Shown here: positions 9,679 through 19,495 of the stretch, one piece after another
How the letters are laid out: every line of letters begins with the position of its first letter
How positions within the stretch are numbered: the first letter of the stretch is position 1
Assembly: GCA_947601495.1 (NCBI GenBank)
Contig: CANQGE010000001.1
Coordinates: 31,731 to 95,730, forward strand
DNA length: 64,000 nucleotides
Direction of reading: 5' to 3'
Origin: an uncultured Clostridia bacterium
GTDB lineage: Bacteria; Bacillota; Clostridia; TANB77; CAG-508
The notes under the pieces: generated by a model
What the model saw: only the letters and a program-made list of their open reading frames with translations
Told to the model about the DNA's origin: nothing
Database searches by the model: none
Program-made: the position numbers and the translations under genes

Positions 9679-10323
9679 CTAGTCTTCATTATCTAAACAT
9701 TTAATTGCTTTTTTTCTAATACGTTGAATTGCATTGTCTACAGATTTTACAGGAGAATTTAATTTATTTGCTATTGAAACATAACTATCTCCTTGTATGT
9801 ATTTATCTAGAACTTGTTTTTCAAATGTGCTTAAGTTTTTATCAATTCTATTTTCTACAAATTTTATGTATTCTTTTTTAGTGATTGTTTCTAATGGATC
9901 TTCCACAAGTTTTGTGTCTAGGATGTCCATAATAGAAGTATCTTCATTATCATCATAAGCTGCTATGTTTAGTGAATATGAAGAATTAAGTGGCATATGT
10001 TTTTGTCTATTTGAACTTTTTATTGCTGTTATTAATTGTCTTTCTATGCACAAATTTGCAAAAGTTTTAAATGAATTATTTTTTTCTAAATCGAAAGATT
10101 GTATTGCTTTAAATAATCCAATCATTCCTTCTTGAAGCATATCATCATTTTCAGCACCGATTAAGAAAAATCTATTTGCTTTCATGCTTGCAAGTCCTCT
10201 ATATTTTTCTAATAAATAATTCTGCGCTTCTAAATCGCCTAATCTAATTTTTTTGATTAGTTCTTCGTCTGACATATTTTGGTATTTACTACTCATTAAA
10301 CTATATAGCGCTTTATTAGACAT
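9679..10323 (-). CDS. sigH: RNA polymerase sigma factor, SigH (Spo0H) type
   Basis: The sigma-70 region 2 sequence FFLIGAENDDMLQEGMIGLFKAIQSFDLEKNNSFKTFANLCIERQLITAIKSSNRQKHMPLN matches clostridial and Bacillus SigH closely. Region 4 HTH near the C-terminus (SVKSVDNAIQRIRKK). 214 aa. Confidence 0.8.
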   Translation of the reverse strand: MSNKALYSLMSSKYQNMSDEELIKKIRLGDLEAQNYLLEKYRGLASMKANRFFLIGAENDDMLQEGMIGLFKAIQSFDLEKNNSFKTFANLCIERQLITAIKSSNRQKHMPLNSSYSLNIAAYDDNEDTSIMDILDTKLVEDPLETITKKEYIKFVENRIDKNLSTFEKQVLDKYIQGDSYVSIANKLNSPVKSVDNAIQRIRKKAIKCLDNED

Positions 10324-10402
10324 TTATATATAGAACCTCCATGCAAGTTATAGCTGTATTATATGTTCAAATGCTTGATATGTCAAGTATTTGAAAGAAA
10401 AA

Positions 10403-10440
10403 GAATAAAAAAAGGCAGATTTTTTTTAAATCCGCCTTTA
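10403..10440 (-). terminator. Rho-independent terminator after rny
   Basis: Minus-strand RNA AAAGGCGGAUUUAAAAAAAAUCUGCCUUUUUUUAUUC. The stem is 9 bp including one G-U pair, followed by a U-run. It lies directly downstream of the rny stop at 10444. Confidence 0.65.
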
Positions 10441-10443
10441 TTT

Positions 10444-11985
10444 TTATTTTGCATAATCAATTACTCTAGATTCTCTAATAACATTTACTTTAATCTGTCC
10501 TGGATATTCCATTTCATTCTCTACTTTTTTAGCAACATCTCTAGCCATAATAACCATATCTGCATCAGATACCTTTTCTGGTTTTACAATTAATCTAACT
10601 TCACGTCCAGCTTGAATTGCAAATGATTTTTCAACACCTTCAAATGAATCTGCTATTTCTTCAAGTTTTTCTAATCTCTTAATGTAAGATTCTAATGTTT
10701 CTCTTCTTGCTCCTGGTCTTGAAGCTGATATAGCATCTGCTGCTTGTACTAAAACTGCTTCTAAAGTAAGTGGTTCAACATCTCCATGATGTGCTTCAAC
10801 TGCATTAATTACGTTTTCATTTTCTTTATATTTTCTAAGAATTTCAACGCCTAATTCAACATGTGTTCCTTCCATATCATGGTCTAATGCTTTTCCTAGG
10901 TCATGTAATAAACCAGCACGTCTTGCTATTTTTGAATTTATACCTAATTCTTCTGCCATTATTCTAGCTAAATTAGAAACTTCTATTGAATGATTTAATA
11001 CATTTTGTCCATAGCTTGTTCTATATTTTAGCTTACCAATTAATTTTATTATATCTGGATGAAGATTATTTACACCTGTTTCTAAAGCTGCTCTTTCTCC
11101 TTCTTCCTTAATTGTTTGGGCTACTTCTTCTTTTGCCTTTTCAACCATTTCTTCTATTTTTGCAGGATGAATTCTACCATCTTCAATTAATTTTTCAATT
11201 GCAATTCTAGCAACTTCTCTTCTTAGTGGGTCAAATCCAGAAATAATAACTGCTTCTGGAGTGTCATCAATAATTAAATCAATTCCGGTAAGAGTTTCTA
11301 ATGCTTTAATGTTTCTTCCTTCTCTTCCTATAATTCTTCCTTTCATTTCGTCATTTGGAAGAGCAACAACAGATACCGTTGTTTCAGAAGTATGATCAGC
11401 TGCACATTTTTGAATTGCAAAACTAATTATTTCTCTTGCATTCTTTGTAGCTTCTTCTTTTGCCTTTGCTTCTTGGTCTCTAATAATTGCAGCCTTTTCC
11501 TGTGTAATTTCTTTATCCAAATTACTTAATAATTGTTGTTTTGCTTGTTCTTCAGTTAAACCTGAAATTCTTTGTAATTCCTCTGATTGTTTATTACAAA
11601 TTTCTTCCAATTCTTGTTTTTTCTGTTCATTTTCTGCATATTTTCTTTCAAGTTCTCTTTCTTTTCCTTCACAAGCTGTTACTCTTTTTTCTAAGTTTTC
11701 TTCTTTTTGAATTAGTCTTCTTTCTTGTGTTTGAATGTCACCTCTTCTTTCTTTAATCTCTTGCTCTAAATCATTTCTTATTTGTAGTACTTCCTCTTTT
11801 GCTTTAATTAATTCTTCTTTTTTTAAATTTTCGGCTTCTACTTTTCCGTTTTCAATTAATCTTTTAGCTTCATTTTCCGCACTTTGAATTTTAGACTCTG
11901 CAGTTCTTTTTCTAATAACCATTCCTACTGGAATGAAAATTATAGCTGAGATTAGAAGAGTGGCAATGATTGAAATTGTTTGCAT
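10444..11985 (-). CDS. rny: Ribonuclease Y
   Basis: N-terminal TM anchor, a long coiled-coil, a KH domain ([15 protein letters not shown]) and an HD domain (LLHDLGKA). 513 aa. Confidence 0.9.
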   Translation of the reverse strand: MQTISIIATLLISAIIFIPVGMVIRKRTAESKIQSAENEAKRLIENGKVEAENLKKEELIKAKEEVLQIRNDLEQEIKERRGDIQTQERRLIQKEENLEKRVTACEGKERELERKYAENEQKKQELEEICNKQSEELQRISGLTEEQAKQQLLSNLDKEITQEKAAIIRDQEAKAKEEATKNAREIISFAIQKCAADHTSETTVSVVALPNDEMKGRIIGREGRNIKALETLTGIDLIIDDTPEAVIISGFDPLRREVARIAIEKLIEDGRIHPAKIEEMVEKAKEEVAQTIKEEGERAALETGVNNLHPDIIKLIGKLKYRTSYGQNVLNHSIEVSNLARIMAEELGINSKIARRAGLLHDLGKALDHDMEGTHVELGVEILRKYKENENVINAVEAHHGDVEPLTLEAVLVQAADAISASRPGARRETLESYIKRLEKLEEIADSFEGVEKSFAIQAGREVRLIVKPEKVSDADMVIMARDVAKKVENEMEYPGQIKVNVIRESRVIDYAK

Positions 11986-12150
11986 AATTACATTTACCTC
12001 TTTTCTATTAAATTTTCAATGTACAACAAAATTATTCCATAAACTAAGTTATCATTTATATAATTTATATTGTATTTTTTCCTACATTAATATTTTATAT
12101 GTATTATTGCAATGTGTCAAGTTTTTTTCTTGGAAAATTATGTAAATTTT

Positions 12151-13083
12151 CTATTCAAACATTTTATTTATAGCCTTTTCAAAAACATTTTTTGCAATTT
12201 TATATCCAGAAGGAACTATTTCTGAAAATTTATTCATGCAAACATTTCCATTTATTTCCATAACAAAAATTTTTTCATCAGATGTAACTGCTATATCAAT
12301 ACTTGCAAAATTAATGTTTATAGCATTTCCTGCTTGAATTGCAACTTTTTTAATTTCTTCAATGTATTTATCATTTTCATCAATTAAAATTGGTTCTGCT
12401 CCGTTATTTAAATTATGTTTCCAGCATACTGTAACTTCTTCATTTTTTAAAGGTATTTTATTTAAATCTAAATCTTTACAAATTGGAAGATTCATTTTAT
12501 CATATTTAATGCTAATTAATTCACCTATATTATGAACTCCATCGCCTACAACATATGCTTTTTTCTTTTTATATGCATATATTACTTCACCGCTTAAAAA
12601 TATAACTCTATATTCATAGTCTATATCCATATATGGACAGGCGCTTAAAGTATCATTATCTTCAAATAGTTTAGAAACAATTTTTCTTACTTCATCTTCA
12701 GTTGAGCAATAATATACATCTTTTCCCTCATATGAATTATTTGCTTTTATTACCAATTTATTATTTGAACTTTTAAGCAAATTAATTGCTTCATCTAAAA
12801 ATTTTTGATTATAATATGCACTTCTAGTTTTAGGATTAAATATTATTTTATGTGGTATAGTTGATATATTGTTTTCATGTAGCACTGCATAAGTTGCAAA
12901 TTTATCTGATGCAATGTTATATGATGTTGTACTATTTAAATCCAATTGATATCCTATTATGTGTCTCTTCTTTCCATCTTTTATTAGTTCTTTAATCCAG
13001 CCATAAGAAAGTTCTTTTTGGGTAATATTTTTTTCATTACAAATCTCATTAATTATTTTATAAAATGGTTTATGCTTTTCCAT
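12151..13083 (-). CDS. ATP-grasp fold protein (YheC/YheD-like family)
   Basis: The C-terminal half shows ATP-grasp-like strand and loop patterning: KLVIKANNSYEGKDVYY, then EYRVIFLSGEVIYAYKK, then VVGDGVHNIGEL. It is adjacent to the debranching-enzyme gene. The assignment rests on fold-level resemblance only. Confidence 0.4.
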   Translation of the reverse strand: MEKHKPFYKIINEICNEKNITQKELSYGWIKELIKDGKKRHIIGYQLDLNSTTSYNIASDKFATYAVLHENNISTIPHKIIFNPKTRSAYYNQKFLDEAINLLKSSNNKLVIKANNSYEGKDVYYCSTEDEVRKIVSKLFEDNDTLSACPYMDIDYEYRVIFLSGEVIYAYKKKKAYVVGDGVHNIGELISIKYDKMNLPICKDLDLNKIPLKNEEVTVCWKHNLNNGAEPILIDENDKYIEEIKKVAIQAGNAININFASIDIAVTSDEKIFVMEINGNVCMNKFSEIVPSGYKIAKNVFEKAINKMFE

Positions 13084-13120
13084 ATATCATTCCTCTTATA
13101 TATTTTGTTATTTATATATA

Positions 13121-13160
13121 AAAAGCGAACTTTAAATTTATATTTTAAAAATTCGCTTTT
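13121..13160 (-). terminator. Possible terminator after the GDE gene
   Basis: 9-bp stem aaaagcgaa/ttcgctttt with a large ~22-nt loop. On the minus strand it is followed by UUUUUAUAUAUA. Weak. Confidence 0.35.
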
Positions 13161-13167
13161 GTGTAAA

Positions 13168-15204
13168 TTATTTTAATTTAGTTACAATTTTTAGAATTTC
13201 AGAATCGCTCCAAGCCTGTGAGAAAGTTCCACCAGGGTTAAAAGGTAATTCTGCATCATATACTTCTGAAAGAGTTCCAACTCCTTGAGAATTATTTATT
13301 TCCACTTTAAAAGTATTGTAAACTTTTTCTATAAATTTTTCGTATTCTATTTTTAATTTTTCTTTTTCTAATCTATCTTTTTCAAATTCTATTATATTCT
13401 TAAAGCTATCATTATATAGTCCTAAAAGCCAAATCCAAATTGTTCCTTGATGATATGCTGAATCTCTTTCAAAAACATTTCCTTCATAATGTGGAATATA
13501 TCCTTCCTCATCTTTTGCAAGGGTTTTTAATCCATACTTAGTAAGCAATTTACTTGTTACTGTTTTAAATATTGTTTTTCCAATTTCAGAAGAAGGTTTT
13601 ATAACTGGATATGTTGTTGATATTGCAAATAATTGATTTGGTCTAATTTTTTCATCTCCAATAACATCATATAAAGACTTTTTCTTTTTATTATAAAATT
13701 GTTTTTCAAATTCTTTCTGATGCTCTACTGCTGTTTTTTTATAAATGTCAGCTAGTTCTTTTTCATCAAATCTTTTTGCTAAATTTTCCAAAGTTTTTAA
13801 TGCATTATAGTAAAGTGCATTTAATTCAACAACTTTACCATTTCTAGGTGTAACTGCTTTGTTTCCAATTTTAACATCCATCCATGTATTTTGGGTGTCT
13901 GGAGTTCCAGAGCATAAAAGTCCATCATTTGCAATATAGATGTTGTTATTATCTTGATTAATTCCTGATTGATAATATTTAATTATTTCTTTTAACTTTT
14001 CATATATATTATTTTTTATGAAATCATAATCTTTTGTATATTGTAAAAATTTATTTACTTGCTCAAATAGTAATAGTGATGCATCTGCACTATTATATAG
14101 AGGTCTATTATCAAAACCAGAGTAACCGTTTGGAACTAGTCCAAATTTAACATCTCTAGTAAAAGTTAATAATATTTCTTTTGCTAAATCATATCTTTTA
14201 GTTATTAAAAATGCTCCTTCAAAGGCAATTAATGAATCTCTTCCCCAATCTAAAAACCATGGAAATCCTGCTATAATTGAATGTGTTCCAAATGAAGGTC
14301 TATTTATAACAAAGCTATCTAAGGCAATTACAAGGTCTTTTACTAATTCGTTGTAGTCTTTCTCTTTTTTAGTTAATTTGCTTTTTTCTTTTAATAGTTT
14401 TGTGTTATTTACAACAGTTTCAATTCTTTTTATTTCATTTTGTATTACTTTATTTGCATCAACTTGTTCTGTATTATCTTCTAATGAAGCTACGAAAGTT
14501 ATTTCTTTAGTTTCACGAGGTTTAATTTTTATTTCATATCTACCAGGAATAATTAAATTTTCTTTTGGGAAAAATCCTCTTTCTTCCTCTTTTATATAAA
14601 ACATATCTCTAAATACATCATTATAATGTTTTATGTATTCGCCTTCATTAGAAAAAATATAAAGAGGGAAGCTTGCATTTCCATCTATTTCTAATCTAAC
14701 TTTATTATTATCATTTTTTTGTTTTAACTCAAATTCGTGGTTTGTAGTCATTTGATGGAAGTCTCTAAAATTAACAATAGGCGTTAATTTCAAAAGAGAC
14801 TCTTTTTTTCCATTTTTTATTTTATATTGTACGACTACTGTATTTCTTCCATATATCATTGATATAGTTTTCACTATTTTTACATCTTCAATTTTATAAG
14901 TGAAAACAGGCAAAAATTCTTTTTCAAATGATTCTAAATTTTTATATCCTTCTGAAATATAGTTTTCACATACATTTGTAAATAAGTTGTACTCATCTCG
15001 ATCAATTAATATGCTTTCATCAAGTTTTGAAAGTAATAAATGCCTTTGTGCTGGTGGATTTAAAGGTGCTACTAGTAGTCCATGATATCTTCTAGTATTT
15101 GCTCCAATAACTGTTGATGAAGCAAAACCTCCTATTCCATTTGTTATAATCCATTCTTTATTTAAAGCATTTTTTAAATCGATTTGTTTTTTTAATAGTT
15201 TCAT
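13168..15204 (-). CDS. Amylo-alpha-1,6-glucosidase family protein (glycogen debranching enzyme, GDE N- and C-domain type)
   Basis: The N-terminus ITNGIGGFASSTVIGANTRRYHGLLVAPLNPP is the conserved GDE_N motif. The C-terminal (alpha/alpha)6 catalytic region contains WIWLLG...GTLSEVYD. 678 aa. Confidence 0.8.
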   Translation of the reverse strand: MKLLKKQIDLKNALNKEWIITNGIGGFASSTVIGANTRRYHGLLVAPLNPPAQRHLLLSKLDESILIDRDEYNLFTNVCENYISEGYKNLESFEKEFLPVFTYKIEDVKIVKTISMIYGRNTVVVQYKIKNGKKESLLKLTPIVNFRDFHQMTTNHEFELKQKNDNNKVRLEIDGNASFPLYIFSNEGEYIKHYNDVFRDMFYIKEEERGFFPKENLIIPGRYEIKIKPRETKEITFVASLEDNTEQVDANKVIQNEIKRIETVVNNTKLLKEKSKLTKKEKDYNELVKDLVIALDSFVINRPSFGTHSIIAGFPWFLDWGRDSLIAFEGAFLITKRYDLAKEILLTFTRDVKFGLVPNGYSGFDNRPLYNSADASLLLFEQVNKFLQYTKDYDFIKNNIYEKLKEIIKYYQSGINQDNNNIYIANDGLLCSGTPDTQNTWMDVKIGNKAVTPRNGKVVELNALYYNALKTLENLAKRFDEKELADIYKKTAVEHQKEFEKQFYNKKKKSLYDVIGDEKIRPNQLFAISTTYPVIKPSSEIGKTIFKTVTSKLLTKYGLKTLAKDEEGYIPHYEGNVFERDSAYHQGTIWIWLLGLYNDSFKNIIEFEKDRLEKEKLKIEYEKFIEKVYNTFKVEINNSQGVGTLSEVYDAELPFNPGGTFSQAWSDSEILKIVTKLK

Positions 15205-15224
15205 TAGTACTTTACCTCTTCTTT

Positions 15225-16805
15225 TTATTTCTTTCGTTTACCGTCATCTGCTCTTTTTGATTTAGTTTTATTAAGTTCTCTTTGAGTTTGCTCTAGTTTT
15301 TCAATTTGATTTGCAACTTTTCTATTTTCAAGTATTCTAGCATCCGTAGTTTGAATAGATTTAACTCTTTCACTATATTTTTCTTTAAACTTACTCTCTC
15401 TATTTTTTCCTTCTTGATGTTTTGATGTGTTTTGATTAAATATTCCTTTTTTAGAAACCTTTACTAATGCTTTTTGCTGTTTCTGTTGTAATTTTTTCTG
15501 TTCTTTTAATACAGATTGTAATAATAAATATTGAGTATCATTTTGCATGTCATGGAATTTAAGATCGTTACAAACCATTTCTATTATTATTGAAGCAACA
15601 ATATCTGAATTGTGCATAATTTTTCCATCTTTAATACATGACATATTTCTTTGAATAAGTTTTACATTAAATTCACTTAGTTTCTTATTATCTATATCTA
15701 CTAAATCTGAACCTTCTTTATTATATTTTCTTATGTATTCTGGTATAACTTCTCCAGTATCTGCCAAGCAATAGTCTATAATTCCACTACCAATATGTTC
15801 TTGTAAAACTCTTAAGTGATCTGATACTGCAAAGTCATCTGTTTGACCAGGTTCTGTCATAATATTAGAAATATAATATTTTGTAGCTTTGCTATCTTTT
15901 ATTTCTCTTGCTATATTCCTTATTAATAGGCTAGGTAGAACATTTGTATATAAACTACCAGGGCCAATAATTATAACATCCGCACTTGCTATTGCTTCTA
16001 ATACTCCTGGTGCTGGTTTGCAATTTGAAGGAGAAATATATATTCTATTTATTCTTTCTTTTTTACTTGCTACTATTTCTGCTATTTTATCTTTTTGATC
16101 AATAGTTGTTCCATCAGCAAGTTCTGCATGTACACTAATTTCATCAAGAGTAGCAGGAATAACTGTTCCAGAAATATTTAATACATCTTTGCTTTTTGAA
16201 ATTGCTTCTGCTATATTTCCATATATTTCAGTCATAGCAACAAAGTAAATATCACTAAAATTTAAACCTCTTAAACGTTCATGTCTAAAGTTTAAGTCCA
16301 TAAGACTTTTCATTTCGTTTTGATTACTTGAAATAGATATTAAAGCATCTTTAATATCTTTTCTTGCATTCATAGAAGTGTTTCCATAATCAGACATAGT
16401 TACTATTGCTGTGATATTATTAGTATAATGCTTAAATCCTTCGATTATATTATTTAAACCTTGTCCACCGCCTATAATAACAACTTTTGGTCCTTCTTCA
16501 TAAACATTTCTATTAAATATTAAAGATTTTATATTAGATTGAGCTTGTCTTCCTTTTTCAGAAGTGTTATTTGCCTCTATAATTAGCTCTAAACTTCTTT
16601 TTTGTATAAAAATAACACTAGTAACAATTGCAATAAATCCAATAATAAATATAACTATTGTTTTTCCTAATTCGAAGAAAGATATTTCTTCTGATGTTAA
16701 TATTTTTGCTATTCCATAACAAGTAAGTACAACACCAACAATTATTAAAAGAATCCATCTTTTTACTTTTGTACTTGCCTTAAACCATTCAAAAAAAGAT
16801 TTCAT
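15225..16805 (-). CDS. YvcK/CofD-family (UPF0052, gluconeogenesis-factor-like) protein with an N-terminal double-TM anchor and a K/Q-rich C-terminal tail
   Basis: The core aligns with B. subtilis YvcK: VVIIGGGQGL...ITAIVTMSDYG, ADVIIIGPGSLYTNVLPSLLI and AVSDHLRVLQEH. Canonical YvcK lacks both extra parts, which are residues ~20-65 (TM helices) and the last ~90 aa (KQQKALVKVSKK...RADDGKRKK). Confidence 0.75.
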   Translation of the reverse strand: MKSFFEWFKASTKVKRWILLIIVGVVLTCYGIAKILTSEEISFFELGKTIVIFIIGFIAIVTSVIFIQKRSLELIIEANNTSEKGRQAQSNIKSLIFNRNVYEEGPKVVIIGGGQGLNNIIEGFKHYTNNITAIVTMSDYGNTSMNARKDIKDALISISSNQNEMKSLMDLNFRHERLRGLNFSDIYFVAMTEIYGNIAEAISKSKDVLNISGTVIPATLDEISVHAELADGTTIDQKDKIAEIVASKKERINRIYISPSNCKPAPGVLEAIASADVIIIGPGSLYTNVLPSLLIRNIAREIKDSKATKYYISNIMTEPGQTDDFAVSDHLRVLQEHIGSGIIDYCLADTGEVIPEYIRKYNKEGSDLVDIDNKKLSEFNVKLIQRNMSCIKDGKIMHNSDIVASIIIEMVCNDLKFHDMQNDTQYLLLQSVLKEQKKLQQKQQKALVKVSKKGIFNQNTSKHQEGKNRESKFKEKYSERVKSIQTTDARILENRKVANQIEKLEQTQRELNKTKSKRADDGKRKK

Positions 16806-17728
16806 TATTTTTCATCTCCTAAAACTATTATTTCCAATTCTAAATCTGTGTTAAATTTTTCTTTTACTGTTTTTCTTATATGATTAATTAATTCTAAAAC
16901 ATCATTTGCCTTTGCTTTTCCTTTATTTATGATAAATCCAGCATGTTTTGTAGAAATTTCTGCATCTCCTATGCTATATCCTTTTAACCCACACTCATCT
17001 ATTAATTTTGCTGTTGGAGCTTCTAATGTTCTCTTAAAAATGCTACCTGCATTAGGATATTCAAGAGGTTGATGCTCTTTTCTTGAAATTGAATATTCAT
17101 TTATTTTTTCCTCAATTTCTTTTTTATTTCCTTTTTTTAATTTTAATGTTGTATCAATAATTATGCCTTCTAATTCTTCAAAAGCACTATGTCTATATTT
17201 GAAATCATGTTCATCAAAATTTATAGTTTTTATTTTTCCATCCAAGGTAACATATCTTGTTTTCACAACTATATCTTTCATTTCTCTGCCATAAGCTCCT
17301 GCATTCATTCTTATAGCTCCACCTATAGTTCCTGGTATTCCAGATAAAAATTCTAGTCCTTCAATTTCTTCTTTTAAAGCTATTGCAGATAATGTTGATA
17401 AAGACATTCCAGATTCTACTGTAATAAATACTTCATTTTCATTTTTTCTAATTTTAAAATTTTTAATGTCTAACTTTAAAACAGCTCCTTTTATTCCTTC
17501 ATCTTTTACTAATACGTTTGTGCCATTTCCTAAAATTACAAATTTTATTTTATGTTCTTTTAAAACTTTTAAAACTTTTTTTAATTTCTCAATTGAATCT
17601 ATTATTATAAAATAGTCTGCTTTTCCACCAATTTTAAATGATGTATGCTTAGACATAGGCTCATTTTTGAAAAAGTTATTTTTATTTATTATCTCTAGTA
17701 ATTGTTCATCAAGATCTATCATATGCAA
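16805..17728 (-). CDS. murB: UDP-N-acetylenolpyruvoylglucosamine reductase
   Basis: FAD-binding PCMH domain (KHTSFKIGGKADYF...ILGNGTNVLV) and the MurB C-terminal domain (TKHAGFIINKGKAKANDVLELI). 307 aa. Confidence 0.9.
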   Translation of the reverse strand: MHMIDLDEQLLEIINKNNFFKNEPMSKHTSFKIGGKADYFIIIDSIEKLKKVLKVLKEHKIKFVILGNGTNVLVKDEGIKGAVLKLDIKNFKIRKNENEVFITVESGMSLSTLSAIALKEEIEGLEFLSGIPGTIGGAIRMNAGAYGREMKDIVVKTRYVTLDGKIKTINFDEHDFKYRHSAFEELEGIIIDTTLKLKKGNKKEIEEKINEYSISRKEHQPLEYPNAGSIFKRTLEAPTAKLIDECGLKGYSIGDAEISTKHAGFIINKGKAKANDVLELINHIRKTVKEKFNTDLELEIIVLGDEK

Positions 17729-17857
17729 ATTTCCCTTCTTGCAATTATATCACTAATTATTATATGCTAAATGCACACACAGTAATACTATCATTTTTCT
17801 GCTTTTTTTACAATACAAAAAGCAAATTTGTAACATTCAATTTATATTCTTATTATA

Positions 17858-17894
17858 AATAAAAAAATAAAGGGATAGAAAACTTCTATCCCCG
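17858..17894 (-). terminator. Rho-independent terminator after the GT2 gene
   Basis: Minus-strand GGGAUAGAAGUUUUCUAUCCC, with an 8-bp stem and a 5-nt loop, followed by UUUAUUUUUUUAUUU. Confidence 0.7.
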
Positions 17895-17915
17895 ATTATT
17901 TATTTAATTTACAAA

Positions 17916-19175
17916 TTAACTAATTGTTTCTTGTTTTACTTCTTTAATGTCTATATCTCTAACGTGCTCAATTTTTTCCCATTTTGTATTAGGTTTTACA
18001 ATACATTTAATGTTTATAGCTATCCAAGAACCTAAGAATAGTGGATAACAGATAATTGCACCAAGCATAGGTTTAATTTTTCTTTTATCTAATGCCATAA
18101 TAGCTGTTCCTGTAATAACTGGTAAAATAAATGTTGCAATTAAATATCTTCCATAGTTTCCTATTAATTCAGCAGCTGTCATTTCAGAACCTAGATATAA
18201 TAAGCCATTTATTCCTAATAAAACAAAAGTTAATATCATCATAGGAATTCCAAACATATATAATAAACCATCAAAGTTCATAAGAGTTTTATGTTCTACT
18301 ACACCTTTTGCTAAATCTTTAGTGTAGTTTTTCATACATTGAAGATGTCCAACTGTCCATCTAGAACGTTGTGACCAACTTTGAGCAAAATGAACTGGTT
18401 GTTCGTCATATACTATTGCATCTGTTGCCCATCCTATTTTTCTTCCTTTTGCAATATTTATTAAAGAAAATTCAATATCTTCTGTTAAAGTAACTGTTTG
18501 CCATCCATTAGGTTTTATTAAATCAAATTTAACCATAAAACCTGTTCCATTTATTAATGGTGATAATCCTAAATTATATCTTGCTAAGTGATAAAATCTG
18601 TTCATCATCCAATAAAAAATTGCATATCCTCCGGCAATCCAAGAATCTGTAGGATTTTTAATATCTCTATATCCTTGAACAATTTCTTCACCTTGGCAAA
18701 GTTTTTTATTCATATTTTTCAAAAAGTTTTTATCAACAATATTATCTGCATCAAATACGCAAAAAGCATCATAATCTGCATTTTCTTCTATTTTTTGTTT
18801 TAAAAACCAATTTAAAGCAAATCCTTTAGTTTTGTTTGTTTCATCAAATCTTTTTAGGACTTTTGCTCCTGCTTCTTTAGCAATTTCAGCTGTTGCATCT
18901 GTGCAGTTATCTGCAATAACAAATATATCATAAAGATTTTCTGGATAGTCTTGAGCTTTTAGGCTTTCAACTAAATTTTTAATAACTGTTTCTTCGTTAT
19001 GTGCTGGAACTATTGCCATAAATTTGTGGTTTTTTTCAATTAGTAATTTTTTATCTTTTAGTTTTATTAATGAACAAAAACTAACTACAATTTGATATGC
19101 CCAATATATAGTTATTAACCATATCAAAGCTTGTTGTAAAAGATATAAATACTTCATTTTTAACCTCTTTTCCAA
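17916..19175 (-). CDS. Processive family-2 glycosyltransferase (cellulose/chitin/PNAG-synthase-like integral membrane GT2)
   Basis: GT-A domain with AIVPAHNEE...DIFVIADNCTD, DxD-like FDADN and the processive-GT2 signature Q-R-S-RW (SQRSRWTVG). One N-terminal TM helix and about four C-terminal TM helices. 419 aa, a size similar to IcaA/PgaC. Confidence 0.75.
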   Translation of the reverse strand: MEKRLKMKYLYLLQQALIWLITIYWAYQIVVSFCSLIKLKDKKLLIEKNHKFMAIVPAHNEETVIKNLVESLKAQDYPENLYDIFVIADNCTDATAEIAKEAGAKVLKRFDETNKTKGFALNWFLKQKIEENADYDAFCVFDADNIVDKNFLKNMNKKLCQGEEIVQGYRDIKNPTDSWIAGGYAIFYWMMNRFYHLARYNLGLSPLINGTGFMVKFDLIKPNGWQTVTLTEDIEFSLINIAKGRKIGWATDAIVYDEQPVHFAQSWSQRSRWTVGHLQCMKNYTKDLAKGVVEHKTLMNFDGLLYMFGIPMMILTFVLLGINGLLYLGSEMTAAELIGNYGRYLIATFILPVITGTAIMALDKRKIKPMLGAIICYPLFLGSWIAINIKCIVKPNTKWEKIEHVRDIDIKEVKQETIS

Positions 19176-19424
19176 TCGTTTGTATTATATAGATTTTTCC
19201 ATATCTATACACCTTTTTCATTATAGCATTTTGTGGAAAATTTTTCAAGTTTTTTTGTAAAATTTAATAATTTCTAAAATTCAACATTTTCAAGGGTTTT
19301 CATACTTTTATTATACTTTTTTTAAAGAATTTTATTATCCAATTATATGTAAAATTTTTAAATTTATTTATTGCTTTATTTTATTAGTTTTTTGTATTAT
19401 ATTTCATTATTTGTAAAAAAATGA

Positions 19425-19461
19425 CTAAAAAAAGAAATTTATTTTGAAGTAATTCTTCAAA
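19425..19461 (-). terminator. Possible terminator after pnp
   Basis: AT-rich 7-bp stem tttgaag/cttcaaa at 19443-19461. On the minus strand it is followed, after a short spacer, by UUUCUUUUUUU. Weak. Confidence 0.3.
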
Positions 19462-19495
19462 TTATAAATTTCTTTTTTAATTTCTTTATTATTTT

